Assembly (NCBI GenBank): GCA_964035545.1 | Contig: CAXIUT010000101.1 | Coordinates: 1-38,200 of the forward strand | Direction: 5' to 3' | DNA: 38,200 bases | Source of the DNA: Bugula neritina | Taxonomy: Eukaryota; Animalia; Bryozoa | Shown: positions 12,866 to 25,868 of the stretch, piece by piece | Numbering within the stretch: the stretch's first letter is position 1 | Layout: each line of letters begins with the position of its first letter | The notes under the pieces: generated by a model | What the model saw: only the letters and a program-made list of their open reading frames with translations | Told to the model about the DNA's origin: nothing | Databases searched by the model: none | Position numbers and translations under genes: made by a program

Positions 12866-13268
12866 ATGTCACTATTCACCGAATAATGGAGAAAAGAAGG
12901 TACTCCAATCTTCACAAAGCATACTATCCACGAAACGCTCTTCACCTTAGAGACTTCCCTGAAAACCATATCAAGCGATGTAAAGAAGTTCCTTTTGAAT
13001 TCCACGAATACAAAGTACATTTAATAACATTAAGACTAACAACAAGTTCCCTTGCCTGCCATACGAAAGAACTTTGATCCAATGTCTAAATAACTACGGA
13101 GTTCAGGGTTCATATCAAGTGCCTGAATGTTATCAAATGGCTGAATACTTCAACGAATGCCTAAAAATCAATAAATATTTCGGTCTTCTCAAGAAATGGA
13201 ATCCCGAACACTTTGCAGAAAATGAATATAGTAGAGAAAGAAACAACCTTTCAGACATCGGCTTATGA
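12866..13268 (+). CDS. Twin-CX9C mitochondrial protein (possibly a respiratory complex I accessory subunit)
   Basis: 20-nt introns at 12900-12919 and 13015-13034. Motif C-LPYERTLIQ-C...C-YQMAEYFNE-C. Confidence 0.75.
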
Positions 13269-13330
13269 TATCAGAAACAATCAATAAAATACAGAACTAA
13301 AGTTATTTATGTTATTTCTAAATCAATTCA

Positions 13331-13405
13331 GGGGTTGGGGTTGGGGTTGGGGTTGGGGTTGGGGTTGGGGTTGGGGTTGGGGTTGGGGTTGGGGTTGGGG
13401 TTGGG
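13331..13405 (+). repeat. Telomere tract (GGGGTT)12GGG, internal
   Basis: Perfect 75-nt tract. Confidence 0.97.
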
Positions 13406-14742
13406 TCAAAGTATTGTTTAAAGCTTCAAGAACTTGAGAAGCATTTGTGTTGTCTATTTGAGAAGTGATGTCTTAGTTAGTTTGTCCGAAATAGTAAAGA
13501 GCTTTGGTTCTTTCTTCTAATCTTTTAGCTGAAGAGACGTAGCTTCTGTTGATTCTTCCTTTCAAAGATTGTTTAGCAAGTTCAATATCAGCTCCTGAGA
13601 CCTATCTAAGGATAGATAGTTAATTAGCTGCTACACTAAGGATTTCTTTTGCCTGAATGATTTAAATAGTACATGTGAGGCTGATCCTGATAATTTGAGT
13701 CCGAAAAGACCAGTATCAGAATAGTTGATGTTGAGAGCTTGAGCGCTATCAACAAAGACATGTTTATTGAGGATATTTTTTTGAAGTCTTCCCATTCTTC
13801 TGTTATTTCCAAGGATTTATTCTGCAATCATAAGAGGAATAGATGATCTGTAGCTAGCTCCTTCAAATGCCAAAACTAAATGGATATTATTTGCTTCACT
13901 AAGATTTCTAACTTAACCTCCAGCATATTTAGCTCCCTATCTTTCAACAGCTGAGCTATTAAGGATCGAAGAGCTAAGTTTTTCGTTCACAACATCTACG
14001 AATTCTTCGTGACTTTCAACTCCAGCTGCAGAAATAACGATTCTTCCTGGAGTGAGAGTAGATGCTTGGAATTTTTGGATAATATTAGCTATTAAATTGT
14101 TAACGTTACTTCTGGTTCCTTGGATTGGGTTTCCAAGATTTCTTTTTCCAAAAGCAGCTTGATGAATATGATCATGGAAAACCTAGTTGTTTCCTAGGAA
14201 AGCTTCTAGTTTATGAGTGTTAGCATTTTTATACATACCAACACTGGTTGATACAAAGTTTTTAGGTTAGAGGGCACTATCTGCAACCATTGAGAAGACA
14301 TCAACGACATCATGTGCAAGACAGTGAGCTCTATAGTAGCTATTTTCTCTATTATATTCCATTTAGAATTATCCTCCTGACATTTGAGTAATACCATAGT
14401 TGACAGTTTCACTTGTATTAATGGCAGTTTTGAGATATGTATTTTTAAGTGAGAGCATAGATCCACTGGTTTAGGGAGTTTCGTCTCTACTGCCAACATC
14501 AACAAAGATACCCATGTGGACATTGGATGGAACAGTGACTGATTCTGTGAGGACAGTGATTCCGTTGTTGAGTTGTGTCGATTTATATTCTACAGGTTGA
14601 GGGTCAAAGGTTTTAGCTTCTGTGCTAAGAGGTGAATGAATCGATGATCGGATGAGTCCTTAGTTACTGGATGAGTAGATATGTACGTTTTGGATCCAAA
14701 AATGGAGAAAAAGAATTTGGACTGTGAGATGATTTTATTCAT
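13406..14742 (-). CDS. PMPCA: Mitochondrial processing peptidase alpha / complex III core (M16, non-catalytic), 3' end truncated by the telomere junction
   Basis: Presequence, TQLNNGITVLTE, VDVGSRDE, no HXXEH, LGNPIQG, YAGGE, DTGLFG. Introns at 14667-14686 and 13653-13672. No stop before the tract. Confidence 0.88.
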
Positions 14743-14794
14743 TGAATTATATGATATTAGTTGAACCCAATATTCAAATAAATATGAGTGATAA

Positions 14795-16290
14795 ATGACT
14801 AGAAACAGCAAAGCTGATTATATTTAAAAAGATAGAACTACTGATGATTATAATAGCTTGATTTAACTTGATGTATAAATATTTGTAATATAACGATGTA
14901 GCGGAACAGTATGAACGTTCTAATATTCGATGACGACGAGCCATCAATCAAATAATACAGAGATTCTCGTACAGTGGTATCATCTAAGCAGGGCAACGGA
15001 TCAACAACTCATCATATTGAAATAATATAGCAGTAGATCCAATATCTAACTGACAAGATGAGGAGTTTAGAGCAGCAAGCAAGCAACGTAAGTCAACTAA
15101 AAAATGAAAGTGCAATTAGTGCTCGACAATCCAATACAAATATTGAGATATCGGACAAACATGCAAAAGAAGTTATGATGATAATCGAGAAGAAGATTCA
15201 AATAATAGTCAGATAGACAAGGAAAATAGTAGAGAAATTAAGTGAAGGATTGGATAAGAAGTTACAAAGTAAAATAAATAAAAAATATGACTAAAGTGGA
15301 ATAACTAAAATTAAAGAAAACTACCATTCCTCGCTAATGAAAATAGAAGATGGATATAGAAAAGAAATAGATAAAATATATAAATAACATAAATCAGTTG
15401 AAGAACATATGATAAGTAAATTAAATTCATTTGAACAAAAAATGATCAACAAAATACAATAGTTCTAAAGAAAATAAAAAGAATACGTCGATTGGATTCA
15501 TCACCTCGAAATACAACTTAAAGAAAGACCTAAATCTAAAAAAATGATATAAATTACTCATGTTAATGGTCCTCCATAAAAACAACTCATCAAAAGATAA
15601 CCTACATAAAATAATAGTTCCATCATGAATGGAGATAATAACTATTCAAATAATCAACAAAAAAGTAATATCAGCTAGAATAGTAAAGTTCAAAGAAGAC
15701 ATAGAATTTTTGATCCAGTAGGAGGAGGTAAATCAACATCTGTAAGTCCTCAAAATGTTGTCAGTCCTATCAGTCCAATGCACGCTCAAACTACAACTAT
15801 ATCTTCTTCTAAAGTCATCAACCCAATCACAAAACAAAAACATACCTAAAATTAAAACCAAATATAAAAACCAGCTCTTGTTATCGACAGAATGACAGAA
15901 CCAATAAAGAACAACTATATATCATAACGTGAATCATCACCTTGGAAGGCAATCGATAAAAGTATCGATAAAAGCAATGTTGAAATAACAAAAAGAAATA
16001 ACAATAAATTAGTTAAAGAAGTAAATGAAGATGAATTTTATCGAGATTTACCTAAAGCTAGCGGAGGATGGTAGAAATTCCAAGATTATCGATAAAATTA
16101 ATAAAGCAGCGATAGTGATGAAGATGTGGTATTTTATCGAAATGAATAAAAAAAAGAAGATACTTGGAGATAAGAATAAAATAGTTGGAAAAATTCACAA
16201 AATCAAGATTAAAGAATAATAATAAATAAACAAATAAAATTTTAGTAACCCTTCGAAGATAAAGTATTCAGTCCTTTTGATTTAAATTGA
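14795..16290 (+). CDS. Hypothetical low-complexity protein
   Basis: Long open frame from ATG 14911 to TGA 16288-16290. The upstream ATG at 14795 needs an atypical 17- or 29-nt intron, so the start is uncertain. Confidence 0.6.
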
Positions 16291-16408
16291 TCAGTTGCTT
16301 TTATCAAATATCCATTTAATATTATTTTTTGTTGATCTATTGAATAAGTGATATTAGTACAAAATAGATGGACTATTTTAGAATATTGTTCAATAAATGA
16401 ATATATTA

Positions 16409-16965
16409 TCATGAACCTGCATTCTAGCAGTTATTGCACTTGCAATATTCATTACATGGCATCCCTTGACTATAACATTCGCAATATTTCTTCTGACAAC
16501 CTGTTTTTTTACAATTACAACCCTTAGCGATCGAAGAAGTTTTATAACCGAAAGCCATTGATGTTTTTGTTATCATCTCATCTATTGCCTTTGCTCGGAT
16601 CTCACTGAATTCTTGAGTATTCTGGCAGCCATCGCAGTTACATCCTTTGCAAAAATGTCCTAGCTAAGTTGAAAGATACCTTTAGCAAAACACTAGCAAT
16701 AAAGCTTTAAACATTTTGACTTCTTACAGTTGCATTTGATTGGACTTTGTGGAGTTGTGTCCTAGCTAGATTGTGATTTTTTGTGGTTTCGAGGTATTTT
16801 GTGATTCTTTTCTGAATAAAGAGTGTTGTAGATGTAGCCCAGGATCTGAGTAGAAGAGTGGGAAGGAGGTTGTTCTTGAGTGGGAAGAAGGGAAGATGGG
16901 TCTGAAGTTCTTTCTCTGGACTCAAATGTCATTTTCAGTAGGAATTCTGTTAATTCTGTCTCCAT
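16409..16965 (-). CDS. Tesmin/TSO1-like CXC (CRC) domain protein
   Basis: CNCKKSKCLKLYC(TAG=E)CFAKG..C..CNC..CQN and GCNCKKTGCQKKYCECY...C...CKC..C.N. Intron at 16660-16679. Confidence 0.93.
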
Positions 16966-17143
16966 AAGAAAGAATGATTTTAAATTTTTAAATTTAAACC
17001 CGTCTTAGGAGAACTGAGATCCGCCATTTAAAATATTTACCCATCTTCAACTACAAATTCATCTAATAAATAGCACTATATCTTTATTTATGTTTTCACT
17101 CAACTATTTTATTTTTCAAAGATATAGTATATTTATCATGAGA

Positions 17144-18205
17144 TCAAATAAGTTCTGTCCAATCATATTTTTTCCATATTTTCATAAAGTTTTACCTCTT
17201 AGCTACTTTCTACTCCTATGTAAACTCCTAAGTCGTCTTTACTTGATGAGTTTCAAGGCCAAGAGATGTCGCTAGTACTTCATAGCAAAAATCTCTTTTC
17301 CAAAACTTTTCATTTTCAATGACATGAGCATATCCCCAACCCAAAGAAAAGTCAATATAGAAATATTGAATAGGCTTTGGTATTTGCTTCTGTATTCCTC
17401 CTTTTTCTTTTTATATCTTGATTATACTTTTATGTGTTGACCAATTTCCTTCAATATCCTATAAAGTTTGTTTAAAGAAAAAAGGAAGATCTTGAGCTTT
17501 TGAATAATTGATAGCCAAACACTCGATATAGATATGACTATTTTTCTTTGAATACTGTTCAAAAAAGATGACTTGTTGATTCATTTTATCAAAAGCTTGT
17601 AATAAACATTTTTTATAGTTGTTTATCTATGTAAGAATATCTTCATTGAGACCAATCATTGTTTGTTAATGATCAACAGGTGCAAGAATAAAATGAAAAT
17701 AGTTTCTGAATGTTTTGTATTTCGCTAAAGCCAAATAAACATAATTTGAAGCACTTAAGAGAAATAATTATTCATTGTCCGGGCAAAAAAGACAATATTC
17801 ATTTATACGATTTGATGTCATTATTGGCTTATCTCTTTTTCTTTAGTTTTTCTTTTTGTTTGTTTACTCCTATTCATCAAAATTTATATTGTATTCGAAT
17901 TTTCCTTTGGATTATTGATTCTAAGTTTTTTACTTGTTTGTGATCTTTTTTTAGTTGATGATTTCAAGCTTTTTTTAAAGTAGTTAAGTTTAACCACTCA
18001 TAAATAAATCATAGCATTCTTGATAAATATTGATCTCTTCTATTTATTCATTTTTGTTTAAAATAGATGAGTAGTCAGGTTGATTTTCTTCTTCTTATTA
18101 CATTAAGGCTTGATTCTTTATTTAATTTGCATTAATGTTGGCTCTAGTGGTACTAATTTATTGTTATTATTGAACTACTTTTGTTTTTTTAAGTCCTTTC
18201 AGCAT
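17144..18205 (-). CDS. CWF19L2: CWF19-like protein 2 (CwfJ C-terminal domains, spliceosome-associated)
   Basis: CLFC motif, IPKPIQYFYIDFSLGWGYAHVIENE, FMKIWKKYDWT. Confidence 0.85.
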
Positions 18206-18264
18206 CTCTTTTAATCTAATCACAATATCAAAGCATATAGATGATAATGAAACATCACTTAAAA

Positions 18265-18651
18265 TCAAAGTTGCTTGTTCAGTTTTGTTACCAATTAATA
18301 AACTTCTGTTTTCAACTTTGAAAACTACCAGGGCTCATCTTTTTCCTGTAGTTCTTCACTAGTTCTGATCATACTCAACAAATGACTTAAATCAACTCCT
18401 TACTATGTAGCAGGCAAAGTGCTTTTTCTGGTTTAAATTTGCATATCATAAAAGTCTACTAATTTTTATACTTAGAGACCCATAGGGTTACTAACGTCTG
18501 TATGCAATGCTTCATTTACAGTCTCAATATCAGGTACAACTATGACATTTTAGTTGGCAACCTACCAGAAAGCTTCTTTTTTCTTTTCCACGACTTGGTT
18601 AGTAGCCATTTTTACATTGTTATCTTTAGAGAATCCCCATCCTTGACTCAT
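18265..18651 (-). CDS. IFT43: Intraflagellar transport protein 43
   Basis: GWG N-terminus, then VIVVPDIE...GVDLSHL...EELQEKDEPWEFSKLKTEV. Confidence 0.85.
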
Positions 18652-18701
18652 GTTCGATTTGAATATTGAGAAGTTATTTAAATAATTTTTAAATTGCAGA
18701 T

Positions 18702-19387
18702 ATGTACTAACCTACCTCAACCCAAGAACGACAACACAAAGATTTCTTCTACCCTGTAGAAACAATGGGTACCACTATCATGGCTATCAAGTATGATGGA
18801 GGAGTTATCGCCTGTGCAGATTCAAGTATCTTATTTCCTATCAAGGAACTTCAGCAGGAGGAACATACACTGTCGATCGAGTTGCTGATAAGATCGATTA
18901 CGTCCATGAACACATTGTTGCTCTAAGAAGCGGACTTGCTGGACAGTCTCAACAGGCAGTTCACAAAGTTAGATTTTTGATTGATTCTCATGTAAACGAA
19001 CAAAACAAGCTGCCTCATGTAAAAACAGCAGCAAGAATGCTTCAAAAGGCTAACTATGAAAAAGGACTATAAACTGGATATATCATTGCTGGCTGGGATC
19101 CTTATTGTGGAGGACAAGTCTACAGTGTCAATTTGGGAGGAGCTACATTGCTCAGAAACTATGTCCTAGGAGGTTCAGGTAGTGGTTTTATTTATGGCTA
19201 TGTTGATGCAAACTACAAAGAAGGCATGAGTTTCGAAGAGGCCAAAAATTTCTGCCTTCATTGTGTTTCTCTAGCCATGAAAAGAGATGGTTCTTCAGGA
19301 GGTATTATCAGATTGTCAAATATTACTGAAAAGGGACTAGAAAAGGAATATCACACATATGAAAGTTTACCTTACAAATCAACCTGA
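18702..19387 (+). CDS. PSMB6: 20S proteasome subunit beta-1
   Basis: MG|TTIMAIKYDGGVIACADSRTS, RSG, GGSGSGFIYGY, AMKRDGSSGGIIR. Intron at 18826-18845. Confidence 0.96.
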
Positions 19388-19412
19388 TCTATGAAAATGA
19401 TGTTACTGTTTA

Positions 19413-20327
19413 TCAAGAAATAAAAATATCAGCTTTTCTTTCATCTTAATCAATTCCATCTACTGAATGTCCTCTACTATTTCCTCTGTTAAGTCCTCGA
19501 GAAGCTTCATAGAAAGAGTGGTATTTCTTTTTTGCCTATTCATATTAATCTTGACATTTTAGTCTGAATTTTTCAGAAACACTGAGTCTTTATAGAAGAA
19601 CTCTTTCTTTTTCTTAGAGATCACCAATCATCATTTCTTGTCTTTATCTTTATCTAAGTTATTATTTTAGTTTTTGCTATTTAAATTGTTTGAATTGTTG
19701 TAATTTATCAAGAAAATAAAGTTTTCTTTTTTAATGAGCTTATATATGATCCATTCTTATTTTATTTGCTTTTTAAGCATTTTCTTATCGTAAATTTTAT
19801 CTCTGAACCTGATTTAAAACCTAAAGTTGCTGAATATTTTAAAAATTACAGTTAGTTTTTCTTTAAAATTTTTTGATTCTTATTCCATTTTATGATTCAT
19901 AAGAGTAACTACTATTTTTTTGTTATATTTTAGATGATCTTTTATCAACTTGTTAAATTATGCCTTTCTAACTTGATTTTCTTCAGCTTTTTTCCTTTAC
20001 TATATTATCGAAGATCTACTTAGACAGACATATCTTTATGTTATTTAGCCTTTATTTTTACTGCTTCAAGAGAAGTAAGTTTTCTTTTAACATTTAATAC
20101 CTTTTTAACTGTCTTTTCCTATTTCGTTTTCATAAAATTTATTCTTGCTTGAACTGCCTAAATCATTCAATAATTACTTGAATAGCATTTTAAGTATCTT
20201 TATTTCTTAATTTTAGCTCTCTTAAACTGATATGATCGAGTCCATCTGCTTCTCTTGGATATTTTTGGGTCGATTCTTCATTTAGAGGACTCTAAAGACC
20301 TGATGCAGTAGGTTCTGGATGGTTCAT
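19413..20327 (-). CDS. Hypothetical coiled-coil protein (284 aa)
   Basis: Open after removing three 20-nt introns (20158-20177, 20000-20019, 19830-19849). Confidence 0.75.
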
Positions 20328-20514
20328 TGAATAAAATTAAATTATAAAGTTATCACAAATTGTTTGTACTATTCTTAAGCTGTAATAATACCCGAAAAAT
20401 TAATAATATCAATGTTTTAAGGTCTTCAACAAAATAGATCTAATTTAAAAGATTAATAGTAAGTTGATTTTGATATTTTCATTAATAAATTGTACCATAA
20501 TCATTAATTGAAGA

Positions 20515-20986
20515 ATGTTTAAAGCAGCAAACAACGTCAAAAATCTAGTCTTATCTAACAGATTCTTCTTCTCCAAAGATCTTTTTATCAACGGAAGCAA
20601 TCCTATCAGAGAAAGAGTCATGTCTACTCCATCCTGGCCAGTACCATACTACCAAAGAGTCGTCAAAGCCTATCCTATTAGATGTATTTCCTTATCTATT
20701 CAGAATAAAGCAAGCCGAACCTCGGAGGAGCTGACACTCCTGCTGGTGATGTAACATGGCTCTTTGCCAAATAATTGTTGAACGAATCAGCTAAAGGACG
20801 ACAGATAGTATCCTATACTGAACAAAATATCCAAACAGAAAGTAAAGATGATAGTATAAAGCCTTTTTGATAAAAAAAGATGACTGCGAGACCATGGCTA
20901 AAGCTTATGTGAACGATATCTGTCAATTTTTAGACATAACAAACAAATAAAACTCAAAGATTTTAAAAGGAAAGACTTTGATTTGA
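20515..20986 (+). CDS. Ciliate mitochondrial ATP synthase supernumerary subunit (ATPTT13-like)
   Basis: RVMSTPSWPVPYYQRVVKAYPIRE...GRQIV.Y.E.NI...MAKAYVNDIC...NKEN resembles, from memory, a Tetrahymena ATP synthase subunit. Introns at 20684-20703 and 20842-20861. Confidence 0.7.
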
Positions 20987-21043
20987 AACAATTGATCCAT
21001 TCATAATTTAATCTACTAAATGAAGGTATCTGGTTGATAAAGA

Positions 21044-21623
21044 TCAGTGATGACTCTTGTGCTTGAGAGATTCTTTGTAATAATCCAACATCTTTCTATC
21101 TTCTTCAGTCGCGATAGCATCTAGACCAGTCTGATAGTCTTCATATGAATCGACTGTTCCTTCGTATCCAATGTATGAGAAAGTTCTATTCAAGGCTTTT
21201 TCTGATGCAATGAAAGTCATAAAATTTTAAATTGATGTATTTGGTCTAGAAACAACGTTAAATCTGTTATACCAGAGGTCTTCTCTCGCCTTTTTATCAC
21301 TTTGATCATCTTCTAATTTTTTCTTTTATGCTGTAGCTGCAGCTTGCTCTTTTTTCTTTTCTCCTGAATACCAAAGGTAGGAATTGACTGAGAAGATAAA
21401 GATAAAAAATAAAGATCCTCTGAGCTGAGTATAAATATAGTTACGGGTCCTTAACTTCTGGCAGCTCTTGCGATATGATCGAAAAGGAATCCTGGTTGTT
21501 TAGCTTTCATCATTCCAAAGTCATCTTGATTGAATTTAAGGTTGCATTTTCTGAGTTGAATTAGAAGTACCTCCATAGTCTGATGGGATCATAGTTGGAT
21601 CTATCGACGTATTTATACCACAT
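21044..21623 (-). CDS. Ciliate mitochondrial ATP synthase subunit k-like
   Basis: MWYKY...RLWRKCNLKFNQDDFGM...RSEGPLRG, one TM, NR...RP, Q.GLD, DYYKESL resembles, from memory, a Tetrahymena ATP synthase membrane subunit. Introns at 21551-21570 and 21425-21444. Confidence 0.7.
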
Positions 21624-21771
21624 ATATGTTGAAAATAGTTATGAAATAAAGATAAATCAAGTCGAATCAATATTACTTACCATACTCTCATTTAAATAGA
21701 TCACTATTTAGATTGATGAAGTCATTTTATTGAATATTAGTGAGTTGAGAGTAATAAATATTTAACATCAA

Positions 21772-22439
21772 ATGATTTTCAGAAGATTGATGATGCTACC
21801 TCGCTTCAACTTTGCTGAAACTATTCAGTCTATTGATGGTAATACCTATAAACATTCAGGACACAAACCTCCAGCATTCACTGATACTCCGTCAGGTAGA
21901 TATGCAGGATCTCTCTTTACAGCTGCCTCAAAAAGCTCAGCTTTGCAAACCGTTGCTGATGATATGATTCATCTTCAGAAAGTCCTCAAAAAATCTGTAG
22001 AATTTAGATAGGTTTTAAAAAATTCAGCAGTGAGAAAAAGCAAACAGAAATAAATCTTTGCACAATTTGCTCCGACCAACTATAGCCAAATAACTCTCAA
22101 TTTCATCGATACTCTTATAGACGGTGGAAGGTATAGTCATAATAACCTAGATTATCTGAACTCGAAAAAATCATCACAACTTACCTCAAATATTGCAAAA
22201 TTTTGAACAAAGAAGAAGATATCAGAGTCATCTCAGCTACAAGTTTGGCAGAAGGAGAAAGATCTCGAGTTCTCGAATCCTTGAAAAAGAATAAACCAGA
22301 TGTGAGATTTAAAGTTACTTATGAAGTTGATCCTAGTATCCTTGGAGGTCTACAGATCTTTGCAGGATCTTAATTCTTGGATTGTTCTCTCAGATCAAGA
22401 ATGGAAAGACTAAAATCAGAGTTGGGCAGAATAGCATGA
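21772..22439 (+). CDS. ATP5PO: Mitochondrial ATP synthase OSCP
   Basis: GRYAGSLFTAA, TLNFIDTLIDGGRL, VISATSL, EVDPSILGGL...FLDCSLRSR. Intron at 22131-22150. Confidence 0.95.
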
Positions 22440-22518
22440 TGATTATGATCAGATCTTAGATAATCGACCTATTTGATATATTTTCAAGCAATAATTAACA
22501 CAATATTGATAATCCGTT

Positions 22519-23334
22519 ATGTTCCCGAAAAACGAAGGTTCAAGCATAATAAATCTATTCGAAAGAATGAACTCTAATGTAACAAAACTACAATAATCAA
22601 TGAATTCATCTCCATCTGCTTCTAAAACTTAACGTTATCTTAATACAGATGATAGAAATGATTGTTCTTGTACCAAAAGTAAAAATCAAAGATCTTATGA
22701 GAGATAATTTTATTTAAATCAACATTAACTTGTTAGTAAAGCTGCTATCTTACTTGAAGAAGGTTAAGGTAATTAAACTATTGCTAAATTGCTAAGTCTT
22801 ATGTCTTATTATTTTTTAAAGTTAGAAGAGGAATGTAAAAAATAGGTTTTCTGTGATTGTAAACGTGCTATTATCGAATAAAGCAATTAGTTAAAACATA
22901 AGTTGACTTTTCTAAGAGAATAAAATCATAAATTTTTCAAGATGATTTAGTAAAAAAACTAATAATGCTAGGATCTTAAACTAAGAGTAAAAGAGTTATA
23001 AAGTATTACTAATTCACTGATAAAACAATAAATAACACCAAAATCATCAGATATTAAGTCATAGCCTTAGTAAATATAATCAAGAAATGATGAACTTTCT
23101 TCAAGAATGATATCTTCAAATTCAAGTCGAGTTTCATAATTTCATGTAGCTTGGCCGGAACTGATGATCCAACGAAACGAAGGCGTCCATAAAAGTTATT
23201 TCGATCGATCGCCTGGAGACCATCAAGCCTACCTAAATAGTAAAAAAATTTTAACAGATAAAGATTTAAATAATCCATTTGAAAATCACTTTAGAAAGGC
23301 TAAAATATTTAAAGATATTTCATAAAACAAATGA
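22519..23334 (+). CDS. Hypothetical protein (271 aa)
   Basis: Open ATG-to-TGA frame in code 30. Confidence 0.65.
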
Positions 23335-23396
23335 TTTCGGTTATTATTAAGTCATAGTAATAGTTATAATTTTACATAAATATTAATAAAAACAAT

Positions 23397-24511
23397 ATGG
23401 GAGGCATTACTGATGGATCTGAATCAAGTGCCCTTAAAAAGAAAGAATAGTTCCTTCAAAATCTAACTCTATACTAAGAGATCACTACTACACAATTTGG
23501 TGCTATCAAAATATGGAAACAAACCTAAAAACCATATCACTACTATATGCTATTTACCTAAAATGGAATAGATGATAGAAATACATTGATGAAAATGCAA
23601 TAAAAACTTGAATGGTATCGATCACTGAAATCTCATGGACACATCGTAGAGATAGAAAGTGTTCGATTAGTCTAAAGTATTATTTATGCTAAATAGAATC
23701 CGAAATGTGTATCAAGAAAATATCATTAGAAGTATATAGCCGCTATTACAACTATACTCTCTAGATGGCTGTAATGAGAAAGCTAAAAAGAAATAAACGA
23801 TTTAAATAGGCAGATATTTTTTATGTCCTTAAATGTTTACTTGATATTTGGAAACATCTCAACGAAACTGTACATAAATATATCGATCTCTTCAACATCA
23901 AAAATATCTTCTTAACGCCCTAGGGATTCATAAAAATGTACCCTTTTCCAATCGATATCGATTTCGTTAGCAGTCCTCTCCGTCCAAAATCTCAAATTAT
24001 CAACCGGTCGCTGCTTCACAATGAATAAATATCAATGGAATTCAGTCCAAAAAAATCATAACATACATAAACAGTATGCACGCCTACTAAATAAATAAGA
24101 CAACTAACCGAAAAAGATAATCTCAAAGATATTGGCCACATACTATTTCAATTAGTACTACTAAATAAAGAAGGAGATGAGATTCTTTAATTTTCAATAG
24201 AAAAACAATACCAACTACTCCAACAACTATAAAATCAACAATATATATCAAAATATCTCAAAGATATACTTTTTAACCTTCTGACTAATTACAAAGAAAT
24301 CACCTATGATGATATCATGAGAATGTTTTAGCTATACAGAGGAGATCTTAATCGACCAGTATCAACTAACATCAAATTAGAAGATGGACCATAGTTTATC
24401 GAACCAAAATAGATATAAAAAACATATAATTTAAGACGTTTATCAGAACATAAACATCTAAAAGCTGGAATGATCAGTATCCTATCAAAAAAAAGTAGTA
24501 AATAGAAATGA
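23397..24511 (+). CDS. Protein kinase-like pseudokinase, possibly N-myristoylated
   Basis: MG start. Kinase-fold remnants (FGAIKIW, YYNYTLE, NIKNIFLTPEGFIKM, DIG) without HRD or DFG. Intron at 23677-23696. Confidence 0.65.
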
Positions 24512-24532
24512 TATATTTTTAATAATAATTTA

Positions 24533-25697
24533 TCAAAACCACATCTAGTTATCTGGATTCAATATCGATAGTCCTGCACTTGGAGAAGAACTAAATAGAT
24601 ATTTTTGGATTTGTGAGGGCATATGTCTAGTTATCAGGACTTAATGTTCTTGTTGATTTGATTTTTAGGCTATATAAGCATGGATCATTTTTGATAATTT
24701 AGCTATTACTTCAGCGTATCTGTATTTTTAAACGATAAAAAGACAATATCCTTCGATAAAGATGAATCCCTGTGTAAATAAGTAAATACTTGAAATTTAA
24801 ATTGTTGTTTTAAGTTTTGCATAAATGAAAGAATCTGTTTATCTTGATTTAGGTTGATTTGAATGGCTGAGATTTGGTTGATCAGATCTTCAATATTTAT
24901 TTTTTATGATTCAAAGTCGTTTATTAATTTATCATATTGCTCATTTTTGAAGAATTATGATGAATATTACTTCTATTCATTGATAAAATCTGGCGATAAG
25001 AAGATGAATTTGTACTTTTGGTTAAAAACAACAGATTTAGACTGTTAATTTGTTATTTTAATATAGTTGTGATGATAGTAGTTGAAATAATTTTAAACTA
25101 CTTGATTAAACTTGAATTGTTCGAAAGTTTTAAGTTTATTTATTAATTCTTCTCGACTATACTATTCTATTAAATTATTAATAACCATAATCGACATAAA
25201 AAGACTTACAAGAAAGCTTTTAACATTGTTTTACAGTGATATTGTATTATGGAAGTAAATATACATAAACCCACCTTTGATTTTATTTAAACTGAGATCA
25301 TCAACAGCTAAATCAATTGCTTTTTTCGCCAACAAAGATATTTCAGGCTAATTTTCTTGATTAATGATTTTACCTGAATTTTAAAGTACAATTTATTCTG
25401 AACAATTGCTTGAAATATTAAGTTTATCATCAGAAGTACCTCTAGCCAACAATATGATTGTTCCTTGCTCCATACCAAATGAAATAGATGATTTTGAACC
25501 TCTAGCTAACTCAACTATCTGTTTAGCAACAACATAATGAGTAGGACAATGTGCTAGATAAAAAAAGAAATACTTGGATAAGCTTTCTTGAATGCTTTTT
25601 TGATTTGAGATAAAAGAACAGAATGTTTAGAACATAGTTCATCTTCAATATCTGGGTAGACTGATGATAAACTTGATGTTATTTGAAAAGTATTCAT
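24533..25697 (-). CDS. Hypothetical protein (~374 aa)
   Basis: Length is in frame after removing 20-nt introns at 25554-25573 and 24770-24789. Confidence 0.65.
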
Positions 25698-25868
25698 ATT
25701 TTATAATTATTTATAAGTTTAGTAATTTATAATCACTTGAAGTTTAGATAATAAATAGGAATAAATATATCCATTAAATATTCAAATTAACTTTTAAGAT
25801 GATTAGATCTTTAAATATAAAGTAATATCTCATTTTATTACTTAAATCCATAATATATTTAATTTGAT

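Noticed and set aside
13331-13420. MPP-alpha ending in poly-QP (and Elp1 ending in poly-PN at 34479-34547) as real C-termini
   Set aside because: The expected C-terminal sequence is missing and the tracts have chromosome-end register, so junctions explain them better.
14873-14901. Possible 17- or 29-nt intron joining ATG 14795 to the main frame
   Set aside because: It is not required, because an in-frame ATG exists at 14911, and there is no homology to decide.
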